Assembly (NCBI RefSeq): GCF_032444005.1
Contig: NC_091282.1
Span: forward strand, 692,044,001 to 692,108,000
Origin: Ranitomeya imitator
Lineage: Eukaryota
DNA length: 64,000 nucleotides
Direction: 5' to 3'
Shown here piece by piece: positions 1 through 12,982 of the stretch. The translations under genes were made by a program, and so were the position numbers. The notes beneath the pieces are model-generated. The model had not been told where the DNA came from. It did not search any database and saw only the letters and a program-made list of their open reading frames with translations. How positions within the stretch are numbered: the stretch's first letter is position 1; each line of letters begins with the position of its first letter.

Positions 1-480
1 CATACAAACACATAGTATAGAGCCCCTATAGCCGTATATACAGTATAATGCCCTCACATGTTTACCACACAGTATGTTGCCTTCACAGGACCTCACTAAG
101 TACAGGGTTCCCATAAAGCCATTACGTAGCATAGTGTTCTTACAGTGCATTGCTCCTACACAGCGTGATGCCCCCATACATAGTATGATGCCTCTACGAA
201 TAGTATGATGCCCCAATAGTATGTTCCCTCCTACATTAAAACCCCTCTCAGTATAATGCCCACACAGGGCACCCACACAGTATAATGCTCACAAACCTCC
301 TCACACAGTATAATGCTCTCCACAGGATCCCCACACAGTATGTCGCCCCCCTCACACATACAGTATGATGCTCCCACAGCACCCTATACAGTGTAATGAC
401 CTCAACAGGATTCTAAACACTGAACTAAATGCACCAACAACACCCAAACACTGTATAATGCTCTCACAGGAGACACCACT
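1..480. repeat. Degenerate minisatellite (CAGTATGATGCCCC / CACACAGTATAATG-type units)
   Basis: Repeated cagtatgatg/cagtataatg motifs with short variable spacers, resembling the arrays inside the non-autonomous hAT elements at 2430 and 54935. Confidence 0.6.
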
Positions 481-493
481 TCCATGCATAGTA

Positions 494-618
494 CAGTAGA
501 CAAAAAAGTTTACACACCCCTGTTCAAATGCCAGGTTTTTGTCATTGAAAAAATTATGAAGAATAATTTCAGAACTTTTTCCACATTTACTGTCACCCAT
601 ACTCTGTACAAACTGCAA
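494..618. mobile_element. Tc1-like terminal fragment
   Basis: TA then CAGTAGACAAAAAAGTTTACACACCCCTG, a Tc1-type terminal inverted repeat (TIR) start; no matching right end found. Confidence 0.5.
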
Positions 619-620
619 TC

Positions 621-926
621 ATGAGCGAATATACTCGTTACTCGAGATTTCTCCAGCACGCTCGGGGGTCCTCCAAGTATTTTTTAGTGCTCGGAGTTTT
701 AGTTTTTCTTGCCGCTGCTGAATGATTTACATCTGTTAGCCAGCATAAGTACATGTGGGGGTTGCCTGGTTACTAGGGAATGCCCACATGTACTTATGCT
801 GGCTAACAGATGTAAATCATTCAGCTGTGGCAATAAAAACTAAAACTCCGAGCACTAAAAAATACTCGGAGGACCCCCGAGCGTGCTGGAGAAATCTCGA
901 GTAACGAGTATATTCGCTCATCACTA
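621..926. mobile_element. Fold-back MITE, hAT-like (TAGTGATGAGCG terminus)
   Basis: Arms 621-759 and 783-921 are near-perfect reverse complements; right end GCTCATCACTA. Confidence 0.8.
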
Positions 927-1277
927 GTCAGCAAAGATTTTCAGCTTGAATCTATTGTTCTTCCAAGTCAAACGTGAAATTTAAGGGCACACCAACATTG
1001 TTTGAGCAGTGTAGTTCGCTGGTAAGAGTACAAGAAGGGTGCAGCACAGTGGCTTGCTGGTTTGCTGGTTTGTTCTAATGTGAGTGATTAAAATCTGCAC
1101 GCCATGCTTCAGAATATACACGAGGGATGGATTAAATAAAAAATGGTCAGCTTGACATTGGGTCAAAACAGTGGATCAGTCATCCTCCTGTAGGAATATA
1201 TGGAAGCAATATACATCGCAGGATAGGTCATAAATGTCTGGTAGCTGAGGTCTCCACCAATCATTAGAACTAGAACT

Positions 1278-1350
1278 GTTCGACAGTCGCAACACATGCA
1301 GGGATTTCCTGTTTGTTATGCAATTCCCACATGTGTTGCGGCTGTCGAAC
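1278..1350. repeat. Short inverted repeat, probable MITE core remnant
   Basis: GTTCGACAGTCGCAACACATG ... CATGTGTTGCGGCTGTCGAAC. Confidence 0.55.
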
Positions 1351-2429
1351 AACCATTAGACATGCAGCCGCTGGACTAGAACATATTATTTGAGCACGCC
1401 AAAGACCCTCAGTTAACACTAGCATGCTCAGATAACACCTTATCCGACCACGTTCATTCATCGCTATTCCAAATGTATTCAAAAAGTCATATATACAGTT
1501 GTGCTCAAAAGTTTACATACCTCGGCTTTCCTGGCCTTTGTTCAGAGAATATGAATGATAACACCAAAACTTTTTCTCCACTCATGGTTAGAGGTTGGGT
1601 GAAGCCTTTTATTGTCAATCTACTGTGTTTTCTCTTTTAAAATCATAATGACAACCCAAAACATCCAAATGACCCTGAACAACAGTTAATATACCCCATT
1701 TCTTAATACCATGTATTGCCCCCTCTAACATCAATGACAGTTTGAAGTCTTTTGTGTTAGTTGTGGATGAGGTTCTGTATTTTCTCAGATGGTAAAGCTG
1801 CCCACTCTTCTTGGCAAAAAGCCTCCAGTTCCTGTAAATTCCTGGGCTGTCTAGCATAAACTGCGTGCTTGAGATCTCCCCAGAGTGGCTCAATGATATT
1901 GAGGTCAGGAGACTGAGATGGCCACTCCAGAACCTTCTCTATGATCTGCTATAGCCAATGACAGGTCGACTTGGCCTTGTGTTTTGGATCGTTGTCATGC
2001 TGGAACGTCCAAGTACGTCCCATGAGCAGCTTCTGGGCTGATGAGTGCAAATTTGCCTCCAGTATTTGCTGATAACCGCTGCTGACTGACATTATCAATT
2101 CCTTGGATATCGTTTTGTATCCCGTTCCTGTTTTATAAAGTTCAACTACCTTTTTCCATAGATCCATTGACAATTCTTTTACTTTCCCCATGAATCACAA
2201 TCCAGAAACGTCAGTGGCTGGATGAAAGATGCAAGAGTTTGTCTGGTCCCAGAAACTCACTCAGCTTTTATGCACACACACATTACAAGCAAACAGGTCA
2301 CAGGTGAGGATGTTACCTTCAGTAGCCATTCCAACCCATTTGTGTCAACTTCTGTGCACGTTATCAGGCCAAAATCACCAGGGTATGTGAACTTTTGATC
2401 AGGGTCATTTGGATGTTTTGGGTTGTCAT

Positions 2430-5400
2430 CAGAGGCGGACTGGCCATCGGGCACTTCTGGCAAATACCAGAAGGGCCGGTGCCAGAAGTGGGCTGCTGCC
2501 ACTATCAGCGGTGCTAGGGCCAACTCCTCCCGCCAGCGCCGACTCACCCCCCCTCGATCGCCTGCCCCGCATTCAACTATACCGGCGTCTATGATGCCGG
2601 TACAGTTGAATGCAATGATGGAGGAGAGAACGTCTGCTGTCGCTCCCTCTCCCATCATTCCCCGCTCTGCCTTGCGCTGACACTGTGGGTGCGCAATGAT
2701 GTCATATCATCGCGCACCTGCTGTGTGGCTGGGTAGACTGCAGCTGCTGATACCGGAGCCGGGAGCAGCGCAGGGCACGAGGAGAGGTGAGGAGAGTGGT
2801 TTTTTTTTAAATATATAAGTGAGTGATAACTGGATTGTGGGGCAATTGGGGGGGGGGGCTGTATTACATTCTATGGGGGCTGTGCTGTATTATATTCTAT
2901 GAAAGGCTTTATTACATTCTATGGGGGCTGGCTGCATTACATTCTATGGGGGCTGGCTGCGTTACATTCTATGGGGGCTGGCTGCATTACATTTTAACAT
3001 TTTATGGGGCTAGCTGCATTATATTCTATGGGGGCTGGCTGCATTACATTCTATGGGGGCTGGCTGCATTACATTGCTGTATTACATTCTATGGGGGCTG
3101 GCTGCATTACATTCTATGGGGTTTGTGCTGTATTACATTCTATGGGGGCTGGCTGCATTACATTCTATGGGGGCTGGCTGCGTTACATTCTATGGGGGCT
3201 GGCTGCATTACATTTTAACATTTTATGGGGCTAGCTGCATTATATTCTATGGGGGCTGGCTGCATTACATTCTATGGGGGCTGGCTACATTACATTGCTG
3301 TATTACATTCTATGGGGGCTGGCTGCATTACATTCTATGGGGGCTGTGCTGTATTACATTCTATGGGGGCTGGCTGCATTACATTCTATGGGGGCTGGCT
3401 GCGTTACATTCTATGGGGGCTGGCTGCATTACATTTTAACATTTTATGGGGCTAGCTGCATTATATTCTATGGGGGCTGGCTGCATTACATTCTATGGGG
3501 GCTGGCTGCATTACATTGCTGTATTACATTATATGGGGGCTGGCTGCATTACATTCTATGGGGGCTGTGCTGTATTACATTCTATGGGGGCTCTGCTGTA
3601 TTACATTCTATGGGGACTTGGCTGTATTATATTCTATGGGGGCTGTGCTGTATTACAGTCAATGGGGCTACATTATATTCCATGGGGGGTTGTATTATAT
3701 TCTGTGGGGAGGTGGGCTGTATTACATTCTATGTAGGGGCTGTATTACATTCTATGGGGGGCTGTATTACATTCTTTGGGGGGCTGTATTATATTCTGAG
3801 GGGTGATTGCATCATACTCTATGAAGGGGCTACATTATATTCTATGGGGAGCTGCATTATACTATATGAGGAGGGCTGCATTGTATTCTATGGAGGGGCT
3901 ACATTATATTTTATGGGGGGCTGCATTATACTCTATGAGGGGGCTACCATATATATGCAGGGGCTGCATTATACTATATGAGGGGGCTGCATTATATTCT
4001 CTGGGGGGTTACATTATACTCAGGGGGGCTACAATATATTCTGTGGGGCGGCTGCATTATACTCTGGAGTGGCATCATTATACTATATGTGGGCTGCATT
4101 ATACTGTATCGAGGACTATGGGGAATACATTATACTATATGAAGAAGTATGGGGTGCATTATACTATGGGAAGTGAATTGTACTACATGGATGATAATGG
4201 CGGTGCATTATACTATATGGAGCACTATGAGGAGTGTATTATACTATTTGGAAGACTGTGGCAGTACATTATACTGCATGGAGGACTGAGGAGTTTATTA
4301 TACTATATGGAGGACTGAGAAGTGTATTTTAATATATGGAGGACTATAAGGAGTGTATTATACTATATGGAGGCCTGAGGAGTGTATTATACTACATGGA
4401 GGACTGAGCAGTGTATTTTAATATATGGAGGACTATAAGGAGTGTATTATACTATATGGAGGCCTGAGGAGTGTATTATACTACATGGAGGACTGAGCAG
4501 TGTATTTTAATATATGGAGGACTATAAGGAGTCTATTATACTATATGGAGGCCTGAGGAGTGTATTATACTACATGGAGGACTATGAGGAGTGTATTATA
4601 CTATATGGAGGACTGAGGAGTGTATTATACTATATGAAGGACTGAAGAGTATATTATACTATATTGAGGACTGAGGAGTGTATTATACTATATGGAAAAC
4701 TGAAGAGTGTATTATACTATATGAAGGACTGAAGAGTGTATTATACTATATTGAGGACTGAGGAGTGTATTATACTATATGGAGGACTGAGGTGCACATT
4801 ATAATATATGGAGGACTATGGGGTATATTATACTAAACAAGCAAAATGCTGCCTATTCATTGAGTGATTGGATTGTTTATGTGGGAACAGAAATCCTTGT
4901 TCTCAGCAGCACATCGTCGGTGTAAACTGTAGATGTGCTGCTGATAACATGATACTGTATGGGGACAGATTGATCTAATTGTGATTGTTCTGTCCCCATC
5001 ATTCTTTCTCAGTTGGTGTAAAGAGGTCGGGAAACAAGCGAACGACTTCAGTATTGTCGATCACACTCGTTTAGCGGCCTGAGATCAGTGCATGTAAATA
5101 CAGCAGAAATGCTTCGCAGGGAGATGAGGCAAGGAAGATGACCGTTGTAGTTAGCGCCCGACGCCTGGGAATAGTGCTAACTCTACTGCTTTTCCCAGCC
5201 GCCAGAGCATTTAATTCTTGTATGTGTAATGATTTTTAGGGTTGATGTCAGCTGCGTGATGTCAGCTGCTATCAATCCCTGGTGTAAGTAATGGAGAGGT
5301 GTCTATCAGACACCCCCACTACTAGCCCAGTCCTGGCGAGACCCAACGACTCTGAAGAGCGGTGACGGTAGTAACAATACCACTCTTCACAGTCGCCGAG

Positions 5401-5826
5401 CGCAGCGCAAGACCCGGAATATCTGAAGAGCTGTGACATTACTGATCACCACCGGAGACGTCACCGCTTTTCAGAGTCATGGGGTCTCGTGCTGCGCAGC
5501 GGAACCAAAAGTGGCTGTAGGCAAAGTGTACGGAGCATCAGAATGAGGTTTCACAGCCTTTGGTCGTCTCAATCCCTTCATTATCTGCGAGATCCAGTTA
5601 TGTAGGTAAAGTAGCGGCTTTTCTTGCTACTGCAACTAAAAGCAATAAATAGGACTGAGCTGTAATGCTGGGATACAGCTGTAATTATATGTTATATTGT
5701 CGTGTTACACTCCCCTCACTTCTTGTAACCTATAAGTGTACAAAGATATTATACAGTCACCATGTGGCAAGTGGGCCTGTGTAACTTCAAATGTCAGGGC
5801 TGAATTTTAGTCCCAGTCCAGCCCTG
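2430..5826 (+). mobile_element. Non-autonomous hAT-type DNA transposon carrying minisatellites
   Basis: 8-bp TSD GTTGTCAT (2422-2429 and 5827-5834); TIRs CAGAGGCGGACTGG / CCAGTCCAGCCCTG; no transposase. Confidence 0.9.
2855..4830. repeat. Compound minisatellite: (GGGGGCTGGCTGCATTACATTCTAT)n grading into (GAGGAGTGTATTATACTATATGGAGGACT)n
   Basis: Directly visible tandem units; a 221-bp higher-order period is marked by ACATTTTAACATTTTATGGGG near 2989, 3210 and 3431. Confidence 0.9.
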
Positions 5827-7046
5827 GTTGTCATTATGATTTAAAAAGAGAAAACACAGTAATTTGACAATAAATGGCTTCACCCAACCACTAATCATGA
5901 GTGAAGAAAAAGTTTTGGTGTTATCATTCATATTCTCTGAAAAAAGGCCAAGAAAGCAAAACTTCTGCCGGGGTATGTAAACTTTTGGCACAACTGTACC
6001 TAAAATGGTGCCAATGAAAACTCTACAGTCTGTCCATAAAAAACAATCCCTCACATTGCTCTTTCTACAGAAAAATAAAAAAACATTATGGGTCTTAGAA
6101 TATGATGACCCAAGGATAATATTATGTACATTGGTTTCCATTCTTCCCTATCTTCATAGGGATTTTTTTTCGTTATTGTTTGATTTCGTTCTTTGTTTTT
6201 CTCTTTCCTTTTAATTATTCCTTTCCCAATTTCCCATATTCCCTATTAAAATATATCTTCTTTTCCCCTCGTGTACCCTTAACCTTTTCCCATCCTTCTT
6301 TTTCTTCATCTTTTATCCCTTGAAATATTGTTATTTGTTATTAAGAATACAATAATAACCATTGGAAAAATAATATGATGACCCAAAAACAAAAGGCCCT
6401 CCTTACCATCACCATTTTTGTACTCCTCATTTCTGCTATTTAGTATTCCGTCATATTGCAGTATATAGTACAGGCGATCAATTAACAGAAGGTGCAAGGG
6501 AAAATAAATACATGTTTTTTTTGGGGGGGGGTTTAAAAAAAAAAAAACAAATATAATAAAATAGACGTTCAAATCAGCTGTTTTCTTTCCAATTCAAAAA
6601 TAAAGAAATAAAAGCTATGAAATAATATTTGGCTTGCCCCATCTATAAGTCTCATCTCTGAAAAGATAACATTAATTATTCTATATAATAAACTTCATTA
6701 AGAGAAAAAAAATCAAAACCTCACAATTTCCATTTGTTGCTTACTGTAACCCCCCCAAACTGCAACAAAAATACATCAAACATTTGTGTGTACCCACAAA
6801 TTGTATACATAAAACTATCAGCTCACTATGCTAAAAGCAAACACCATACAGCTTCCACCATACAAAATCAAAGTTGGACAACAAAAAAAGTTTGGCTGAT
6901 GAAAAAACAATCCAAAAAAGTCTGGTTGAGATCTACGGTATGTCAGTTTAAAACTGTACAAAGCTAAAGATGAAGTGAGCAGCTTACCTGAACTATTTTT
7001 ACTGCCATGTCCGCAATGTTTTTCACCACGTGTGAATGTATCCTTA

Positions 7047-7244
7047 GGCCACGTTCACATGTTGAATATTTGGTGAGGGTTTTTTTTACCTTAGTATTTG
7101 TAAGCCAAAACCAGGAGAGAAACAATCTGAGGAAGAGTATAATAGAAGCACGTCACCACTTCTGTATTTTTCACCCACTCCTGGTTTTGGCTTACAAATA
7201 CTGAGGTAAAAAAGTCACCAAACTCTCAATGTGTGTATGTGGCC
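7047..7244. mobile_element. PIF/Harbinger-type MITE (a second partial copy starts at 7274)
   Basis: TTA|GGCCACGTTCACAT ... ATGTGTGTATGTGGCC|TCA with a palindromic interior. Confidence 0.7.
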
Positions 7245-8314
7245 TCAATGATTTTTGGGAAAATGTTCAAATAGGCCACGTTCACATGTGGACTATTTGG
7301 TGAGGTTTTTTTTTACCTCAGTATTTGTAAGTCAAACCCAGGAGTGGGTGAAAAATACAGAAGTGGTGACGTGTTTCTATTATACTTTTCCTCTAATTGT
7401 TCCTGATTTTGGCTTCACCCTCATCCACGCTGTTTACACAGGGCTAGCTTCAGTTTCAGTAATGAAGTAAATGAGGGTGAGGAAGGGGAACAATGCACCA
7501 GGTGGTTCCTAGCACTTTAGGATTTTAAAGCCACGGGACAGGGCTAGGTTTTACGAGCAGTCAAAAGAGATGGGTGGGAATGTCTGCTTACATATCCCCA
7601 CAGCGGGGGTGTGGTTTGGCAGATAGAATTGAGACCAAGTGTCTCATTCAGTGTCTGTGTCTGGAGATGTGGAGGCCTCCAGTGTATAACAAGAGTCAAG
7701 AGATTTCTTTCTTACAAAATTATTAAAAAGTAACGATAAACAATACAGGCAGTCCCGTGTTATGAACCAGATGTGTTCTGTAGGTTTGTTCTAATCTGAA
7801 TATGTACGTAAGTGGGAACAGGGATGGAAAAATCATATACTCACCGCTGACTGCTCTGTCTTTGGGCACGCCACATTTCTGACCTCTTCACTATAAACCA
7901 GAACTTCCAGCCATTTTCAGGTTGGAGCTCACGACGCATCCTTATGACACGCAGTGAACTGTGGCCTGCACATGGGCGTAAAACCTGGCCTATAGCAAAA
8001 AAATGTACAATAAGTGACGTAAAAATGGTGTTTTTTTCCCTCCATTTCAACCATTAAAAACTGTCAGTGGCCACCCTGTAATATACTATATGGGTATCAT
8101 ACTCCTCCTCTTGTCAGTCCATGAACAAAGCATAAATCATGTGACACCATATTGACAGATATAGGTGGGACCTCCGCTCAGCTGTCCTATACTATTACTA
8201 GATTTCTCCTGCTAATGAAGATGACGCTGTGCTTGTACGGACATGTTACCGTCCTGTGACGATACAGCATGGTTGTTGCACACCACAGCATCTAATATAT
8301 TTTATTTCACACAG

Positions 8315-8396
8315 TGATCATCAATAGGGAATATTTTCTTGTTGGTTTACTACCTTTTCTTACTGTGAACATGTTCTTTGCATTTTCTTTGATTAG
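8315..8396 (+). other. Candidate host exon (unidentified, hydrophobic)
   Basis: ttttatttcacacag acceptor and AG|gtaatt donor; open as xIINREYFLVGLLPFLTVNMFFAFSLI; phase-compatible with neighbouring candidates. Confidence 0.4.
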
Positions 8397-8797
8397 GTAA
8401 TTGATTGATGCTTTGGCTATATATACGAAAAAAATCTGCCTATTTTCCATCATTAGACAGAGTGCTCAGATCTATAGTCCATTGGGTTTCACAAGCCCTT
8501 CAAGGGCTCCCTCTTTGAGCCAGCAGTGGTGTGATATAGACAAGTAATTAAACCCTTGCGTCTTTTTAATGCTTACACAGTACTTCGCACTTTCTTGGGT
8601 TGTTAAAACCAGCATTTTTTTCTCCTAATGAGGCTTTTACATCTTTTTTGAAGACAAATTAAGCAAATTTTGAGATATTCACTCATCTCTCATATCTGCC
8701 TAAATATATCACAAAACTTAAAATGGGCTTACCAATGTGTAATTCCACTGCATGTCATACAGCAGAGGGGACAGAATATTTTGCTAATTTCACCTAG

Positions 8798-8951
8798 TCC
8801 AGAAGCTTTATACATGAGGGCATATAGTGCTGTGCAGATGATTGAACTGTTGTGTTTGGGACCACGGAAACCAAGTATATGAAAATGGCCAACCATTTGC
8901 TTCCCTATTTTCCACCATTCAAAAACAAAGTCTTTACTGAACGGGAACTTG
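8798..8951 (+). pseudogene. Candidate host exon with a 1-bp frameshift
   Basis: ctaatttcacctag acceptor and TTG|gtaagg donor; 154 nt, one short of in-frame; reads PEALYMRAYSAVQMIE then TVVFGTTETKYMKMANHLLPYFPPFKNKVFTERELG. Confidence 0.35.
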
Positions 8952-10175
8952 GTAAGGGTTATGTACAGGGGATAACGGGTATAAAGTCTTATGAACGTTT
9001 CCTTTACAACATGAAGCATTTTCCACACAGTATCCTTCTCTATAATTTACTCCAGGGATGTCCACTGTTTCTCCCTACTTCACTACAACCAAGCTTTAAC
9101 GCAGCAATCCTTGCCAACAAATCTCCTCTGCTTATTCTGCGTCCCTTTTCCCATTACTGTCATCCTGGAACTCTCGCTTGGGACCCTTCATTAATCCTGA
9201 TAAGGCCCATTACCTTCCAGAGTTATAAGCTCAGGATCTCATGGCTGAGCGTCATCTCCTAGGACCTGTCTCCAGAAGGCCACTCTGTTTCTCGGTCACT
9301 TATGCTCAGGTTCTCGCTATCCATTCTCTTCAGTCTCCTCTCACGTAAGGTCATCTCAGAATGCGGCATTGCTCTCCTTGGACCTTTACGTCCACTCACT
9401 ATGCACTCTAGACCCTATATAACTCTCTAAGAGGAAGTTCTCAGCCTACACTATACCTTCCCAATGTGGGCTAGTCCCAACTCTTTACTCTAACTATCCC
9501 TATAGTCAAACTGCACACATCTATTGGCTTACACTATTCACATTACATATTGTTAACACTTAACACAATAAAGCATGAAATTATGCACATTACACTTTAA
9601 AACTTGTTTCTTTAAGGAGAAACATGGCCAGCATGTCCATATCCTTACATAACCATGGATACCTAAGCTTCTGCAATGACATACGCATGAAGTAAGCAAC
9701 GTAGCGAATCAGAAGAACTATACTACATTTCTAGTTGGAGGCATTTGCTAATATTATTATTACATCTACATATTAGGATAGGATCTTGGAGATGGACATA
9801 CCCCTTTAAGACTCAGTAGCTGGTGGCAGGACTTGGGCACTATTACCTATAATGTTCTTTTAATGTCTGCTTTGCAAGTTTCATATGAAAGATGCGGAAA
9901 CAACATTAGGTCAATCTGTCATGCGACAGGTCCAGCAGATCGTCATGGCTTCCATTATAATGTTTGAATACAGCTTTTGCTGAACATAGTCTTAGGCCAT
10001 GTTTACACAAATTATGGTGCATATCTGAAAAAGACAAACAGTGCCAGGATGGAGGCCAGACTGGGTCCAAAGGGACTCTATTGGCTTCATTGAAGTGAAA
10101 TGCTCAGTAAGTGTTTCAGTTGGAATACTGTTTTTCAGGGATTTCAACAGAAATCCAAACATAGTTCTCAGCTTA

Positions 10176-10492
10176 GGCTACGTTCACATTTGCAGTGTTG
10201 GGCGCAGCGTCATCGACGCATACCGACGCATGCGTCATGCGCCCCTATGTTTAACATGGGGGGGCGCATGGACATGCGCCGGTATGCGTTGTATTGCGTT
10301 TTACGACACATGCGTCATATTGACGCACAGACAGGGCGCAGAGGACGCTACTTGTAGCGTTTTCCCTGCGCCGAAATTCCTGCTCTGTATGATCTTATGA
10401 CAACGCATGCGTCGCAAAACGCTGCGTTGTGTACATGCGTTGTTGGTTGCGTCGCCGACGCTGCGCCCAACAACGCAAATGTGAACGTTACC
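10176..10492. mobile_element. PIF/Harbinger-type fold-back MITE
   Basis: TTA TSD (10173-10175 and 10493-10495); TIR GGCTACGTTCACATTTGC / GCAAATGTGAACGTTACC. Confidence 0.85.
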
Positions 10493-10824
10493 TTAGATGT
10501 ATGTTTGTGTGAACCTAGCCTTAATAGTACAAGCAACTCCCAGGTTCTATTGTATGACTCTTATATTTTCACACAATACTTTTCCAACATTGTATTATTT
10601 AAAACCCAAGAACACAAACAAACAAAATGAGCATATACTCTGTAGTAAGTAAAACAAGTAAATAGTAATAAATAGTGATAGCACATCTAAATAACATGGG
10701 GTACAAAACCACTATTTTGATCAAAAAAGCGTAAAAGCCATCCCAATGCTACAAGGTGTACCCAAACGGGAAGGTTCTATCTCTGGTATTAAAACTTCAC
10801 CTTGTGTCAGCCAACCTCAAAATA

Positions 10825-12260
10825 CAGTGGGTACGGAAAGTATTCAGACCCCTTTAAATTTTTGTTTCATTGCAGCCATTTGGTAAATTCAAAAAAGTCA
10901 ATTTTTTTTCTCATTAATGTAAACTCTGCACCCCATCTTGACTGAAAAAAAAAACACAATTGTAGCAATTTTTGCAAATTTATTAAAAAATAACTGAAAT
11001 ATCACATGGTCATAAGTATTCAGACCCTTTGCTTATTATTGAGTATAAGCAACCTTTTGAGTTAGTACAGTCATGAGTCTTCTTGGGAATGATGCAGTTT
11101 TTCACACCTGGATTTGGGGATCTCCTACTATTCTTCCTTGCAGATCCTCTCCAGTTCCGTCAGGTTTGTCATTGTCTTGTTGGAAGGTGAATCTTCGGCC
11201 ATGTCTGAGTTCCAGGATATCTCTGTACTTGGCCGCATTCATGTTTCCTTCAATGACAACAGACGTTCTGTCCCTGCAGCTGAAAAACACCCCCATAGCA
11301 TGATGCTGACACCACCATGTTTCACTGTTGGGATTGTATTTGGTAAGTTATGAGCACCGCCTGGTTTTCTCCACACATACCACTTAGAATTATCACCAAA
11401 AAGGTCTATCTTCATCTCATCAGACCAGAGAATCTTTTTTCTCACAGTCTGGGAGTCCTTCATGTGTTTTTTAGTAAGCTCTATGTGGGCTTTCATATGT
11501 CTTGCACTGAAGAGAGGCTTCCGTCGGGCCACTCTGCCATAAAAGCCTGACTGGTAGAGGTTTGCAGTGATAATTGACATTGGGGAACTTTCTCCCATCT
11601 TCCTACTGCATCTCTGGAGCTCAGCCACAGTGATCTTGGGGTTCTTCTTTACCTCTCTCACCAAGGCTCTTCTTCCACGATTGCTCAGTTTGGCTTGATG
11701 GCCAGGTCTAGGAAGACTTCTGGTGGTCCCACACTTCTTCCATTTAAGGATTATGGAGGCCAGTGTGCTCTTAGGAACCTTGAGTACTGCAAAAATTAAG
11801 TTGTAACCTTGGCCAGATCTGTGCCTTGCCACAATTCTGTCTCTGAGCTTCTTGACCTCATGATTCTCATTTGGTCTGACATGCACTGTGAGCTGTGAGG
11901 TCTTATATAGACAGGTGTGTACCTTTCCAAATCAAGTCCTATCAGTTTAATCAAACACAGCTGGACTCCAATGAACGAGTAGAACCATCTCAAGGAGGAT
12001 CACAAGGAAATGGACAGCATCTGACTTAAATATGAGTGTCTGAGCAAAGGGTCTGAATACTTATGACCATTTGATATTTCTGTTTTTCTTTTTTAATAAA
12101 TTTGCAAAAATTACTACATTTCTGTTTTTTTCAGTCAAGATGGGGTGCAGAGTGTACATTAATGTGAAAAAAGGAACTTTTTTGAATTTACCAAATGTCT
12201 GCAATGAAACAAAGAGTGAAAAATGTAAAGGGGTCTGAATACTTTCTGTACTCACTACTG
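10825..12260 (-). mobile_element. Tc1 element with a degraded, internally deleted transposase
   Basis: TIR CAGTGGGTACGGAAAGTATTCAGACCCCTTTA and its reverse complement at the right end; minus-strand ORF 11239-11886 with HTH and WSDEMKI...KHGG motifs. Confidence 0.88.
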
Positions 12261-12601
12261 ATAAGGGCAAAGCAGGACGCAGGCCAGACTGTTAAAAACA
12301 CCTGAGCATGTGTGAATGAGGTTCTGGGAAAGAGAGGATGAGGGGAAAGAGAGGGAGTGCGCTAAGTGTAGTTAATAAGTAAATCTTACTTGGTCAGAAA
12401 AGTACAACTTGAATCTTGCTCACTTGGTGTGCTTGTGCAAGGAGGCACAACACTAGGAAAAGTTTGCAAACAAGGGTGATCCTTCGACTGGTATGCTGCC
12501 TGTAATAACATGGAGGTGATTTTCTTTTCCCAGAAAAAGTTCCTCCACATGAATAATGTGAATAAGGCTGTTTCAGGGCACTTCCTTCAGAGGATCCTTA
12601 A

Positions 12602-12982
12602 AGGGACTCTATCACCTGAATTTGGCGGGCTATGTAAATGCCCTGTGTCCAGTCCGATGGGCGGTGTTTCTTCTTTTTTCCTCCACCCCATCCTTCCCCG
12701 CTGTCCGCAATATTTTCCGGAATTGGAGTAGGTGTCCTACTCCACCGGCGCATGCGCAGTAATGCTTTTTGGCTTTGCCCGCAGATGGTGAAAGCATACT
12801 GCACGTGCACGAGCGAAGATTGCATTGCGCATGCGCGAACTATGGAGGACAAGTACTCTACTTCTCGAACATATTGCGGACAACAGGGATGGATGGGGTG
12901 GAGAAATGAAGACAAAACGCAGCCCATCGGCCCGGAAAAAAGGCATTTCCATATCCCGCCAATTTGAGGTGACAGGTTCCTT
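12602..12982. mobile_element. TTAA-target MITE (Kolobok/T2-like)
   Basis: TTAA TSD (12598-12601 and 12983-12986); termini AGGGACTCTATCACCT / AGGTGACAGGTTCCTT; palindromic interior. Confidence 0.8.

Larger units (their letters stand above)
1496..5996 (-). mobile_element. Internally deleted Tc1 (IR/DR type), interrupted by a non-autonomous hAT element
   Basis: TA|CAGTTGTGCTCAAAAGTTTACATACC at left and GGTATGTAAACTTTTGGCACAACTG|TA at right. Minus-strand transposase pieces at 1949-2191 (HTH start fused to FQHDNDPKH) and 1615-1893. Confidence 0.9.

Noticed and set aside
930-1490. Possible Tc1 C-terminal remnant on the minus strand
   Set aside because: I could not align catalytic motifs convincingly.
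2823-4318. Many long overlapping + strand ORFs (up to 235 aa)
   Set aside because: They are translations of a stop-poor minisatellite (YYILWG/ALHSMG repeats) inside a non-autonomous transposon.
7745-7830. Possible Tigger/mariner terminus TACAGGCAGTCCC
   Set aside because: It is too short and has no partner end or transposase.
8843-8845. In-frame TGA as possible selenocysteine (CADD*TVVFG)
   Set aside because: It matches no selenoprotein motif I know, there is a TAG five codons upstream, and a single frameshift explains the segment more simply.
8729-9028. Minus-strand 99-aa ORF or exon
   Set aside because: It is antisense to the better-spliced + strand candidate, has a weaker donor and has no partner exons.
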